64,000 nt of DNA from Chloroflexota bacterium (lineage in GTDB: Bacteria > Chloroflexota > Anaerolineae > UBA4142). The notes beneath the pieces were generated by a model. That model was not told the origin of the DNA. It did no database searches and saw nothing but the letters and a program-made list of their open reading frames with translations. The stretch is from the NCBI GenBank assembly GCA_016215025.1, contig JACRMI010000182.1, positions 2,864 through 66,863 of the forward strand, given 5' to 3'. A program made the translations under genes and the position numbers. This document shows, piece after piece, positions 10,229-19,753 of this stretch; position 1 is the first letter of the stretch, and each line of letters begins with the position of its first letter.

Positions 10229-11484
10229 TAAATCAACTTTCGATTGTCCAGATCGTACAGACCATAAGCCGCCGCGAGAATTTCGACGGGCGCGCGTCCG
10301 AGTTTTTTCGTACCGTGTTGCAACTGCCAGCGACAAATCTCGGAATCGGAGACAACGTGATGCGCCTCGTCGCCTTGCGCGCGCACAAAACGAAATGCTT
10401 CTTCGCCGACCTTCATCGCAATCTCGTATTTCTCAGCCTTGTAACCGTACGTGCCTGCCAACCCGCAACAACGCGCATTGCCTTCGCGCACGTCTAACCC
10501 AGGAATCAATGTCATCAAATCGAGCGACGGTCTACCCATACGATGCGCGCGCGCCTGGCAAGAAACATGATACGGTAAAACCATTTTCAATTCGTGAAAA
10601 TTCGTGTCCAGCTCTCCTCGCTCGCGCAAGTCGCGCAGCCATTCCGAAAAATCCCACAGCGCGTTTTTGAGTCGATGCGTTTGATCGTTTTCAATATCGA
10701 GCATCTCGGACGCTTCTTCACGCAGGACCATCGTGCAACTCACACTCGTGCCGACGATGGGATAACCTTTGTCGGCGTACGGCAGCAGCTTGGCGATGTT
10801 GCTGCGGAACAATTTTTCGGCGGCGGGAAATTCGCCGTTGTTGAGCATCGGCAAGCCGCAACAATTTTGCGGCGGTACGATCACTTCGTAACCTAGATGT
10901 TCCAACACAATGACGGCTGCTTTGCCAACTTGCGGCTCGTAGTAGTTGGTCGAACACCCGTGAAAGTACACCACCTTTTTATCCGATTTCAAACGCGGCG
11001 TGCGACGAAACCAGGAATCGAACGTGCCCTCGATGCTCCAATGCGGAATGGGACCATGACGCGCCACGCCCATGATTTTTTCCGCCATGTAACGACTGAA
11101 CGGATTGTGAAATCCCAGATTCGCCAATTGCGGCGCAAAGCTGCCAAGCTTGCCCAAGATTTCATTGCGACCGAAGAACCAATTACGCAACGGAATGCCG
11201 CGCTCGGCGACAATTTGGGCTTTGGCGCGCGCGTTGATTTCGGCAATCTTGACGCCGCTGGGGCACACTTCGTTGCATACGCGGCACGCCGAGCAATAAT
11301 CGACGGAAATATCCGGCGACTTGAGCTGTCCCGATTCACGAAAACGTTGCGCTTGCGGTCCTGCGTATTTAGGTCCAGGAAATTTTTCTGTTACTGCCGC
11401 AACTGGGCAATAAGTGGTACAAACATTACATTTGATACATTCGTCGAGCGTCATCCCGACAGATTGCCATGATGCTGTATGCAT
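10228..11484 (-). CDS. glpC: Anaerobic G3P dehydrogenase subunit C
   Basis: CIKCNVCTTYCP...FPGPK, second 4Fe-4S motif, two CCG domains; follows glpB. Confidence 0.93.
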   Translation of the reverse strand: MHTASWQSVGMTLDECIKCNVCTTYCPVAAVTEKFPGPKYAGPQAQRFRESGQLKSPDISVDYCSACRVCNEVCPSGVKIAEINARAKAQIVAERGIPLRNWFFGRNEILGKLGSFAPQLANLGFHNPFSRYMAEKIMGVARHGPIPHWSIEGTFDSWFRRTPRLKSDKKVVYFHGCSTNYYEPQVGKAAVIVLEHLGYEVIVPPQNCCGLPMLNNGEFPAAEKLFRSNIAKLLPYADKGYPIVGTSVSCTMVLREEASEMLDIENDQTHRLKNALWDFSEWLRDLRERGELDTNFHELKMVLPYHVSCQARAHRMGRPSLDLMTLIPGLDVREGNARCCGLAGTYGYKAEKYEIAMKVGEEAFRFVRAQGDEAHHVVSDSEICRWQLQHGTKKLGRAPVEILAAAYGLYDLDNRKLI

Positions 11485-11562
11485 TAACTCTCCGAGTATT
11501 CAGTATCCAGTGTTCAGTATACGGTAACGTCTGAATACTGATTACTGTTTACTGTCCACTGT

Positions 11563-12825
11563 TTACTGTTCACTGATACTCTGCGCTGCTGCGAATCCGG
11601 TCGCGATCGCAATTCCTTCCATGCTTCGTTCCAGAATTGGATCAGCGTACGCGAGAACGTTTCCCGCCGCGTAAACATTCGAGTAGACCGTCGCGCAGTT
11701 TGGATCGATGGGTTGGAACGCGTGATTGACCGACACGCCTGCGCGAAAAATCGGATGCCCGGCGGGATCGAAAAAGCGCGCGCGGAACCATTCACCCCGA
11801 TTGGCGGGAGCGACAAGCGGCAAATTGAAAATCGTCTCCCACGTTTTGCCGGTATGATCGGTGTCGATGCCAGCGCCGAGAATACCACCGGTCGCCAGCA
11901 AAAAGTTATCGGCGCGATGCTTGAGCGGGCGACTCGCCGCATCGCTTTCGATCCACACGACGCGATCACCTTCCGCGTGGAAACCGATGACGTCCATATT
12001 CAAATCGACGCGCACTTGTAGTTTCCGCAGGCACACACGCAACGCATTGGTCAAGCGAACACCTGGGACACTTGGCGGCAGAGTCGGAATTTCGAAAATC
12101 TCTGCGCCGGTTTGCGATTCAAGATCATTCAATACCGCCGCATGTGCATCCATTCCCAAAATTGCCGGCAAACCAATGCGCTCGCCCGGTCGCACGATCT
12201 TTTTCAATTCGGCAGCCAGTTTCGCTCGACATTTTTCGTCGTCCAGCACAGCAGCAAGCTGCGCCGTGTTTAGATCATGACGCGGCGTAATCAGTTCGAG
12301 CGACAAAAATTCGGCGCGTGTGGTATGACCTTGCTTGTGCAAGTTCTCCGCAATCAACTTGGGATAGAAATCGCGCAGACCCGAAAAACCCACAATCAAC
12401 ATCGGCTCCGTACGACGCAAATCGCCCGCGAGTTGCGCTTGCGGCGCGAGAAAGGTCGGACGCGCTGCGCCAATCGGCGACGGCAGCCAAAGATTATCGC
12501 CGGCATTCGCCGCGCCGACGTACGGCAATCCAATTTCGCGCGAGAGTTCGATAAATCGATTCAATGCATTCGCGATATTTGCTTCACCCAAAATTGCGTA
12601 CGGATGCTGCGACTGGGTGCGCGTCAACTCTCGCAATATTTCGAGTGGACGATGGACCGCGATTGTGTCATTCGGATAATAACCCAGCACGTCGATACTA
12701 CCGGCGTGCCAATGCGTCGCACCTAAACCCTTCGCAACTATTTTGACTTGCTTGCCTGCTTTCGCCGTCGCATAGCCCGCAATCAAACCGGAGAGACCAG
12801 CGCCGATAACGATGAGATCAGTCAC
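11563..12825 (-). CDS. glpB: Anaerobic G3P dehydrogenase subunit B
   Basis: IGAGLSG, GSIDVLG, LPAILG, EIPTLPPSVPGVRL, LATGG. Confidence 0.92.
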   Translation of the reverse strand: MTDLIVIGAGLSGLIAGYATAKAGKQVKIVAKGLGATHWHAGSIDVLGYYPNDTIAVHRPLEILRELTRTQSQHPYAILGEANIANALNRFIELSREIGLPYVGAANAGDNLWLPSPIGAARPTFLAPQAQLAGDLRRTEPMLIVGFSGLRDFYPKLIAENLHKQGHTTRAEFLSLELITPRHDLNTAQLAAVLDDEKCRAKLAAELKKIVRPGERIGLPAILGMDAHAAVLNDLESQTGAEIFEIPTLPPSVPGVRLTNALRVCLRKLQVRVDLNMDVIGFHAEGDRVVWIESDAASRPLKHRADNFLLATGGILGAGIDTDHTGKTWETIFNLPLVAPANRGEWFRARFFDPAGHPIFRAGVSVNHAFQPIDPNCATVYSNVYAAGNVLAYADPILERSMEGIAIATGFAAAQSISEQ

Positions 12826-14557
12826 CCTGTGCCTCTCGATCCGCCGTCGCTTGAATGCCAGGGCGCTCGTAAAATTCCGTCATCGCACTCTTTGCCTCTG
12901 CATCGGGCAAATGATCGGCGTTCATCAAACCGAGATAAATAAACTCGTCGAGGCGTTCCTGTTTGAGCTGGCGTCCCCACAAAATCGGCAAGAGACCTTT
13001 CCAGCGTTCCTGCACGAAATCGCGTAACAACAAATTAGGATTAGCAAATTGCGACTGCCGACCGCCGACGGCTGACCGCATGTTCTCTGTCGGCGATTGC
13101 AAATTTGCAACGTTCCACTCGGACTGTTCAGCGCTGACTGGCGACGGTTGACTGGCGACGGTCGACTCGTGCAAAATTCCCGCCGCCCGATAGGTACAAA
13201 ATCCGCCCTGGCACGGTCCCATGCCCAAGCGCACATCGCGCCGCAAATCGTCGAGTGTAAAAGTCGGATTATTGTGCGCCGCATTTTCTAACATCGCGCG
13301 CGTCACCAACTCGCATTCGCAAACGAGTTCGCTCTGCAAATGACTCTCTTCCACTTCGTGCAAGCGATGACCAAGCCAATAGTGACCATGTTCGACACCG
13401 GGCACCGGAGTGGTTGCGGTGACGCACGGCTTGTTCGTTCCAAGGTATTCGCACGCCTTGTCCATCGCCACCTGCGCCATCAAGCGAAACGTCGTCCACT
13501 TGCCGCCGATGATCGTGAGAATACCCGACACATTATCGCGCGTCTTGTGATCGAGCAACGTCAAATCGCGCGTCGCATCCCGACTCGCACCCTCGTAGTG
13601 TTCCTGATAAAGCGGTCGCACGCCCGCCCATGCGCGTACAAACCGCGATCGACTCAGATTTGGGATAAGCTTATCGCCTTCGCGCAAAAGCAAATCGATT
13701 TCCCAGGGTTCGATGGTTAAATGTTCCGGGTCTGCCACGCGCTCATCCGTCGTACCGATCACACTGACCGTATGAATCGGCACAATAATGTCACCATCGT
13801 TGGGCATCTTGCAACGGTTGAGCACCGTGTTGATGATGCGATGATTCACTGCGAGCATCGTGCCTTTGCCCGGAATCACATCGACGCGCAAGCCCGCAGT
13901 GTGCGCGACCACGCCTGCCCATGCGCCCGCCGCATTGATCGTCATCCGCGCGCGAATTTCTACATCCTCGTTGTGCATTACATCGCGCACGCGCGCGCCG
14001 ACGATGCGGCGATCTGCTTCGTTACCTTCGCTGATTAACGCGACAACCTCATGATAGTTCAGAATATTCGCGCCTGCTTGTCTCGCCGCTTGCGCCGTCG
14101 AGTGCGTCGCTTGAAAACTATCCGCCGCGCCATCGGGCACAACAAAGACGCGGCTCGCGCGTGGATTCATTAGCGGCTCGCGCTTGAGCGCCTCGGCGAC
14201 AGAAATCTCGTCGCAGGGGATTCCGATTTTTTTGCACGCGGCTTGAAACTCGTCGGGATAGGTATTTTCGTCTTCAGGCGTCACCACAAAAAATCCGCCG
14301 GTGTCTTCGATACAGTGCGCGTGCGTCTTGCGGAGGATTCGATTTTCGGCAATGCACTCGGCAGCGCTGTGTGGGTCCTTGACCACGTAACGTCCGCCGC
14401 TGTGCAACAATCCGTGATAACGACCGGTAGTGCCGTGCGTCAAATCGCGTTTCTCGACGAGTACGACTCGGAAACCGCGCGTCGCTGCATCCCAGGCAAT
14501 GCCTGTGCCCGTCGCACCACCACCAATCACTAGTATATCTGTTTCGATATGTTTCAT
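12818..14557 (-). CDS. glpA: Anaerobic G3P dehydrogenase subunit A (carries a repeat-like insertion)
   Basis: GGGATG, GTTGRYHGLLHSGGRY, BFD-like CECE...GMGPCQGGFC, ERWKG. Confidence 0.93.
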   Translation of the reverse strand: MKHIETDILVIGGGATGTGIAWDAATRGFRVVLVEKRDLTHGTTGRYHGLLHSGGRYVVKDPHSAAECIAENRILRKTHAHCIEDTGGFFVVTPEDENTYPDEFQAACKKIGIPCDEISVAEALKREPLMNPRASRVFVVPDGAADSFQATHSTAQAARQAGANILNYHEVVALISEGNEADRRIVGARVRDVMHNEDVEIRARMTINAAGAWAGVVAHTAGLRVDVIPGKGTMLAVNHRIINTVLNRCKMPNDGDIIVPIHTVSVIGTTDERVADPEHLTIEPWEIDLLLREGDKLIPNLSRSRFVRAWAGVRPLYQEHYEGASRDATRDLTLLDHKTRDNVSGILTIIGGKWTTFRLMAQVAMDKACEYLGTNKPCVTATTPVPGVEHGHYWLGHRLHEVEESHLQSELVCECELVTRAMLENAAHNNPTFTLDDLRRDVRLGMGPCQGGFCTYRAAGILHESTVASQPSPVSAEQSEWNVANLQSPTENMRSAVGGRQSQFANPNLLLRDFVQERWKGLLPILWGRQLKQERLDEFIYLGLMNADHLPDAEAKSAMTEFYERPGIQATADREAQGD

Positions 14558-14573
14558 AGTTTTTCAATGAGAC

Positions 14574-14695
14574 TGTCATTGCGAGGAGCGATTCAAAAAG
14601 TGTCGCTCGTAAAAACGTATCGGAGCGACGAAGCCATCTCAACCCACGACCGAGATTGCTTGCTTCGGCTTCGCTCAGCACCGGCACGCGACTCG
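14574..14695. repeat. Degenerate/composite REP-like palindrome (TGTCATTGCGAG subfamily)
   Basis: tgtcattgcgaggagcg...gcgacgaagccatctc...gagattgcttgcttcggcttcgctcag. Confidence 0.6.
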
Positions 14696-14750
14696 TTTGA
14701 CTGCACGCCGTTCCTCTATCGTACTGCGTGCCTCTTCGCAATTACATGCA

Positions 14751-16451
14751 CTAGGGAATATTCCAAAACCTTTCCTGATATTCCATCGCCAAACCAACCA
14801 TCGAGTGCTCCGCTTCGAGCCACTTGCCCGGGTTCATGACATTTTTCGGATCGAGCGCGCTCTTCAATGCCTTGAGCGCGTCCATGCCGACCTTGCCATT
14901 CTCGCGCTGCATCCACGCCGCATGTTCATAACCGACGCCGTGATGATGCGACAGCGTGCCGCCATTCGTCATGATGCAATCGGTTGCCGCGCGCTTGATG
15001 GTTTCCCACTGCTCGATTTCTTTTTTCTGCGCCATGCGTGCCAAGAACGTGACGTACAAACTTGCGCCGTCGCGATAGCAATGCGATACATGCGTCATCA
15101 CCAACGATTTCGATTCAGTCGACGCGGTTGCATCGGCAATCGCTTGCAAAAACGCCTTGTGTAACCGATCCAAATTATCCCAGGTTGTCGCGGTTTCCAA
15201 TGTGTCCGTCAACACACCTCGATCCAATAACACTTCGCGCAAGTACGGTGTCTCGTAACGATCACGCATCCAGCTTTGCGCGATGCCTTCGCCAATGCTG
15301 AATGCGCTCTGCGACTTGCAAACCGCTTGCGCCGCCGACATTATTCTGGACGCAGAGTCGCCTTCGACGCCAAGAATCAATAGTGCGCCATTCTCGAACG
15401 AATATCCCATTGAATTCAAGAATTGCAAGCCAATGCGCTCGGTGAACGCTTTCCAACCTTGCGACTCTTCACGCATTGCAAAAAAACTTTTCGTTTCGGC
15501 TTCATCCGACAAGCGCACGGTCGTCGGTACGATGTCGCTTTGCACCATCGCGCGAATCGCCGCAACGCCATCGGCGAAACTCTTGAACAACAGCGCTTGA
15601 TATTTTTTCGTCTTGGGTAACGCGCGCACGCGCATCGTCGCTTGCGTAATCACGCCGAGTGTGCCTTCGCTGCCGACGATCATTTGCAAAATCGATGAGC
15701 CAGCGGCGGTTGCTGGAACGTTTTTCGTTTCGATCACACCGTGTGGCGTGACGACGCGCACGCTCTGCGTCATCGCTTCGATTTTGCCGTACCCCGTCGA
15801 CGTTAGCCCTGCCCCGCGCGTCGCAATCCATCCACCCAACGTCGAAAACTCGAACGATTGCGGCAAGTGTCCCAGTGTCAAACCGCGCGCATTCAACTCA
15901 CGTTCGAGGTCGGGACCCAGGATGCCTGCTTCGATTGTCGCCGTCTGCGAAATTTCATCAACGGAGACAACGCGATTGAGGCGCGCCAAGTCGAGCGAAA
16001 TGGTCAGGCGTTCATCGCGCGGCTCAACGCCCCCAACCACACTCGATCCGCCGCCGAAGGGAATGAGCGTAACATCATTCTGCGCGCAAAATGAAATGAT
16101 CTGCGCGACCTCTACTTCGTTCGACGGAAACACAACCGCATCAGGTGGATTAGGAATATCGCCGCGACGCAAGCGAATCAAATCGCGGTACGATTTGCCG
16201 TACGCGTGCATGACGCGCGTCATCGCATCAATCTTGACGGCGCTTGGCGCGGTCAGGTTTCGCAGCGCGCGAAGTTGTTCATCGCTCAAACGCGGCGCAC
16301 GCAATCGAATCGAATTGAAATCGCACGGCAGGAACGACTCATCGCCGGATAAGTCAAGCGCGGCGCGCAGAAAATCCCATGCACCAGGTCGATGTTCGAG
16401 CGAAAAAGTTTTGGCGGCGTTGCCCCAGCCATACCAACGGAGTTCAGACAT
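14751..16451 (-). CDS. agpS: FAD-linked oxidoreductase, alkyl-dihydroxyacetonephosphate synthase-like
   Basis: RWYGWG start, GKSYRDL, PFGGGSSVVGG, GHLPQSFEFSTLGGWIATRG, HVSHCY..GASLY, SHHHGVG, LDP..MNPGK. Confidence 0.8.
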   Translation of the reverse strand: MSELRWYGWGNAAKTFSLEHRPGAWDFLRAALDLSGDESFLPCDFNSIRLRAPRLSDEQLRALRNLTAPSAVKIDAMTRVMHAYGKSYRDLIRLRRGDIPNPPDAVVFPSNEVEVAQIISFCAQNDVTLIPFGGGSSVVGGVEPRDERLTISLDLARLNRVVSVDEISQTATIEAGILGPDLERELNARGLTLGHLPQSFEFSTLGGWIATRGAGLTSTGYGKIEAMTQSVRVVTPHGVIETKNVPATAAGSSILQMIVGSEGTLGVITQATMRVRALPKTKKYQALLFKSFADGVAAIRAMVQSDIVPTTVRLSDEAETKSFFAMREESQGWKAFTERIGLQFLNSMGYSFENGALLILGVEGDSASRIMSAAQAVCKSQSAFSIGEGIAQSWMRDRYETPYLREVLLDRGVLTDTLETATTWDNLDRLHKAFLQAIADATASTESKSLVMTHVSHCYRDGASLYVTFLARMAQKKEIEQWETIKRAATDCIMTNGGTLSHHHGVGYEHAAWMQRENGKVGMDALKALKSALDPKNVMNPGKWLEAEHSMVGLAMEYQERFWNIP

Positions 16452-16876
16452 TAGGATTGCGACTCCAGCGTGCGAATCAGATAATTTAGTAAATCGGTCT
16501 CTGTGACGATTCCTACCAAATGTTCTTCGTCCAATACCGGCAGTCCGCCAATCTTGCGGTCGAGCATTAGCCTAGCAGCTTCGGCGATGGACGTACGCGG
16601 TGAAATAGTAATAGGATTGGGTGTCATGCACGCGCGCACTGGAATATGATCGAGCATGAAATCATCGTACCAGCGTTCGCGCATGACGTACGGCGAATTG
16701 GTCGCGCGGCGCAAATCGCGGTCGCTGACAATGCCGACCAACGCGCCGCTGTCCACCACCGGCAGTCGGCGGCAACTGCGTTCGCGCATGCGGTCGAGCG
16801 CGACACGAATGGAATCGTTCGACGAGACGGTCGCTGGATTGCGTGACATCACTTGTTCGACGGTGGGTATGGACAT
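16451..16876 (-). CDS. CBS-pair protein (AcuB-like)
   Basis: Two CBS repeats (LPVVD..LVGIVSDRD; LPVLD..LVGIVTETD). Start at ATG 16876 after ggagg; the upstream part of the ORF track is REP sequence. Confidence 0.88.
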   Translation of the reverse strand: MSIPTVEQVMSRNPATVSSNDSIRVALDRMRERSCRRLPVVDSGALVGIVSDRDLRRATNSPYVMRERWYDDFMLDHIPVRACMTPNPITISPRTSIAEAARLMLDRKIGGLPVLDEEHLVGIVTETDLLNYLIRTLESQS

Positions 16877-16917
16877 GGTACCTCCGATGTTGCAGACTCT
16901 ACGGGTTTCTAACAAAA

Positions 16918-16982
16918 TGTCATGCTGAGCGGAGCGTCTCTCTATGCAGAGAATGAGACCCTTCGCTTCGCTCAGAGTGACA
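16918..16982. repeat. REP-like palindrome, TGTCA...TGACA family (copy 2)
   Basis: tgtcatgctgagcggagcg...cttcgcttcgctcagagtgaca. Confidence 0.85.
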
Positions 16983-17023
16983 CTATAACGCATTTTGTTA
17001 GGCGTTCTTTGGGTCTGGGTTGA

Positions 17024-18481
17024 TTATTTCTTGTATGGCTCGGCATGAATCATCACGCGCCCAAGCTGCGGAAATTCGCGACGCAAACGATTTTCCATTT
17101 CTTCGGCAATGCTATGCACTTGGGCGATTGACAATTGAGCATCGATCACTAGATGAAACGCGAGATAGACGCTCCCATTCAATCGTTGGACATCGATGTC
17201 CTGAATAGCGCGCGTGTGCGAAATTTCGGAACGGATGACGTTGATTCGTTCAGCAAATTTTGCTTTTTCACTGGACGACAATTCCGCCCCTGCCACCAAC
17301 TCTTCCGCGACCGGCTCGATATGCACGTTAATATCGGCGACGCGCGTGAGTTCTTTAGCCTGATCGTCATTTTTGGGTGGACGCGCCTTGAATTCAGCGC
17401 GCAATCGATTTTCCAAATCGGTCGCCATCGCGTGCGCGTCTTCAAATGACACCGCGGGCGGGACTTCAAGATCGAGATCGATCCAGACGCCGCGCTTGGT
17501 CAAGTGCGTCGTGATGTTGTGGACATCAAAGTGACCGCGCTCGGCGACGGCTTGAATGCGTTCCAAAACCCCTTCGTCTTCGGCAACAGGCACCGGCGTA
17601 ATCACAATGTCGGCAGCGGGGGCGATAGATCGAACCGCATCTTGAACTTGATTGGTTACCGCATGGCTTTCTTCAAATGAAAGATGACGGGGAACCGCAA
17701 TGCGCAAATCGACAAAAATTTGATTGCCCGATCCGCGCACCCGCGCGCGCAACACACCGCGCACATGCTCGACTTGTTGAACGGCCGAAGCGATTTGCTC
17801 CGCCATTCCTTCCGGCGCGCGATCAAGCAATGCATCGATGGTCCGCCGGCCCAAGCGATAACTGACAAAGGTCACGATCAGCGCAACCAAGAATGCCGCC
17901 ACGGCATCCGCACGCACGAGAATCGATTTCTGGCCAATCGCGTCGCCGATCCATACCAACGCCAAGCCCACGATGACGACGGAGGATGACCACACATCGG
18001 TGCTGAAATGCAACGCGTCGGCTTCGAGCGCCTGGCTGTTGTACTTTTTCGCGGCGCGCGCCAACACGCGCGAGCGCGACACATCGACGATGATCGAGAT
18101 GCCCATCGTGACGAACGCCCAGATGCTGGGATCGACTTCGACCGTTTCAAAGAAGAGACGATTGATCGCTTCGTAAATGATCCAACCGCACGTAATCAAC
18201 AGCAACGCGGTTTCTGCCAACGCGCTAAGATTTTCGACTTTGCCGTGACCATAAAGATGCGTTTCGTCGGCAGGCCGATCGCTCACACGCACCGCAAAGA
18301 AGGTGATGAGCGCCGCGACCAAGTCCAGCGCCGAATGCGCCGCTTCGGCGAGAATACCCAGGCTCCCGGTCATGATCCCGACGACGAGTTTCATCGACGT
18401 GAGAAAGATTGCCGCAATCACTGATGTCACAGCAGCATTCCCTTTTTCTCTTACTTGCTGCTCCATTCCAACGTCAGACAT
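17024..18481 (-). CDS. Cation diffusion facilitator with three tandem C-terminal dimerisation domains
   Basis: AEAAHSALD, HLYGHGKVE, EADALHFSTD; three repeats of the (S)FEEAH...H.EP pattern. Confidence 0.88.
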   Translation of the reverse strand: MSDVGMEQQVREKGNAAVTSVIAAIFLTSMKLVVGIMTGSLGILAEAAHSALDLVAALITFFAVRVSDRPADETHLYGHGKVENLSALAETALLLITCGWIIYEAINRLFFETVEVDPSIWAFVTMGISIIVDVSRSRVLARAAKKYNSQALEADALHFSTDVWSSSVVIVGLALVWIGDAIGQKSILVRADAVAAFLVALIVTFVSYRLGRRTIDALLDRAPEGMAEQIASAVQQVEHVRGVLRARVRGSGNQIFVDLRIAVPRHLSFEESHAVTNQVQDAVRSIAPAADIVITPVPVAEDEGVLERIQAVAERGHFDVHNITTHLTKRGVWIDLDLEVPPAVSFEDAHAMATDLENRLRAEFKARPPKNDDQAKELTRVADINVHIEPVAEELVAGAELSSSEKAKFAERINVIRSEISHTRAIQDIDVQRLNGSVYLAFHLVIDAQLSIAQVHSIAEEMENRLRREFPQLGRVMIHAEPYKK

Positions 18482-18606
18482 TATTTCCTCAGAATCAAAA
18501 ATAGGCACTCGGCCGGCGACACGTTCATCCGCCAACGCGAGTACCTGGCAGATCGCACCAACTATATCACGGTCAAGCGACAAGTCAAGTGTCCATGTTT
18601 CAATAA

Positions 18607-18726
18607 TGTCATTTCGACGAGCGGTTGCGCCATCTTTGATGGCGATGCGAGGAGAAATCTCATTTCCCCAGTTAGAGATTTCTCGCAGAGTTTACACTGA
18701 GCGAAGCGAACGTGCTCGAAATGACA
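18607..18726. repeat. REP-like palindrome, TGTCATTTCGA subfamily
   Basis: tgtcatttcgacgagcgg...gaggagaaatctc...gagatttctcg...ctcgaaatgaca; close relative at 55336-55415. Overlaps the 3' end of the patatin gene. Confidence 0.85.
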
Positions 18727-19597
18727 TTGCGGTTTTTCGCCAGGCGCGTTGTCCGCGCCTCCAAAGTGATGGCGCAATAATTTTTTCGATTTGAGGCATG
18801 GCATCACGCGCCGCTTGAGCGCCCGCATCGAGACACACATCGACCAAATCGAAATCCATCAAGCCGACATTTTGAACATTCGGACAAACGATCAAATCAG
18901 GCGGCGACTGTTTCATCTTTTGTGCACGCAACTGCCGCGTCATGATCCCAATCGCACGCGCCGCCACCCGCGAGATTTTTAACTGATCGACCGTGAGGAT
19001 CAACTGAAAAAACCAGGCGTCGCGCCGCGAATACAAATTGCCCGCCGTAAACAAAGGTTCTTCTGCGCCCAAGTCAATTGCGATCACGACATCCGCGCCG
19101 CGTTGGCGCGCCACATCGAATGGGACGGGGTTGAGTGTGCCGCCATCGATAAACAAATGCTCGCCGATTTTCACCGGCGCAAAGATTCCTGGGAATGCTG
19201 CGCTCGCACACACGGCATCTGACACGCAACCCGAATCGAATACCATTTCGGTTTGCGCTTCCATATCGACGGCGACAGCGGCGAACGAACCCGGCAATTC
19301 TTCAATGCGCTTGCCCGTGCCAATGGCAGAATCGATAATGCGTCGAAAGCCATCCGTCGAAAACATGCCCATGCCGGTGCGATCGCGCGCCATCCAATCC
19401 TGCAAACGCAGCCCGCGCACAACCGCTTCAATGTCGTCGAGCGATTTGCCCGCCGCGTACATTGAGCCGATCAACGCGCCCGCGCTCGTGCCGACGATCA
19501 AATCAATCGGCACCTGCGCGGATTCAAGCACGCGCAACGCGCCAATGTGTGCAATACCGCGTGCGCCACCACCGCCTAGAGCCAAGCCGATTTTCAT
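18692..19597 (-). CDS. Patatin-like phospholipase
   Basis: GLALGGGGARG, nucleophile motif GTSAG and DGG motif. Start at ATG 19597. Confidence 0.92.
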   Translation of the reverse strand: MKIGLALGGGGARGIAHIGALRVLESAQVPIDLIVGTSAGALIGSMYAAGKSLDDIEAVVRGLRLQDWMARDRTGMGMFSTDGFRRIIDSAIGTGKRIEELPGSFAAVAVDMEAQTEMVFDSGCVSDAVCASAAFPGIFAPVKIGEHLFIDGGTLNPVPFDVARQRGADVVIAIDLGAEEPLFTAGNLYSRRDAWFFQLILTVDQLKISRVAARAIGIMTRQLRAQKMKQSPPDLIVCPNVQNVGLMDFDLVDVCLDAGAQAARDAMPQIEKIIAPSLWRRGQRAWRKTAMSFRARSLRSV

Positions 19598-19612
19598 CGC
19601 GCTCCCCGAGCG

Positions 19613-19660
19613 TAAATTTCTAATTTGCCGCGTAAGGAGCAAATTGGAAATTTGCTCTAC
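19613..19660. repeat. GTAG-type REP doublet (caaatttccaatttgc family)
   Basis: aaatttctaatttgc...gcaaattggaaatttgctctac; also at 26377-26400 and 46620-46665. Confidence 0.7.
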
Positions 19661-19665
19661 AACAA

Positions 19666-19711
19666 CAAAAAACACCTTTCGCTGCTAGCCGACCTGGCAG
19701 CGAAAGGCGTT
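19666..19711 (-). terminator. Rho-independent terminator after the YwiC-like gene
   Basis: cctttcgctgc...gcagcgaaagg stem followed by a T-run on the minus strand. Confidence 0.65.
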
Positions 19712-19753
19712 CCTCACCTTTGAATTTTATTGTACTGCGTTCAGAGTGAAACG

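Noticed and set aside
16983-17004. ctataac...gttaggc attC-like cores
   Set aside because: Far too short for an attC site and no L boxes.
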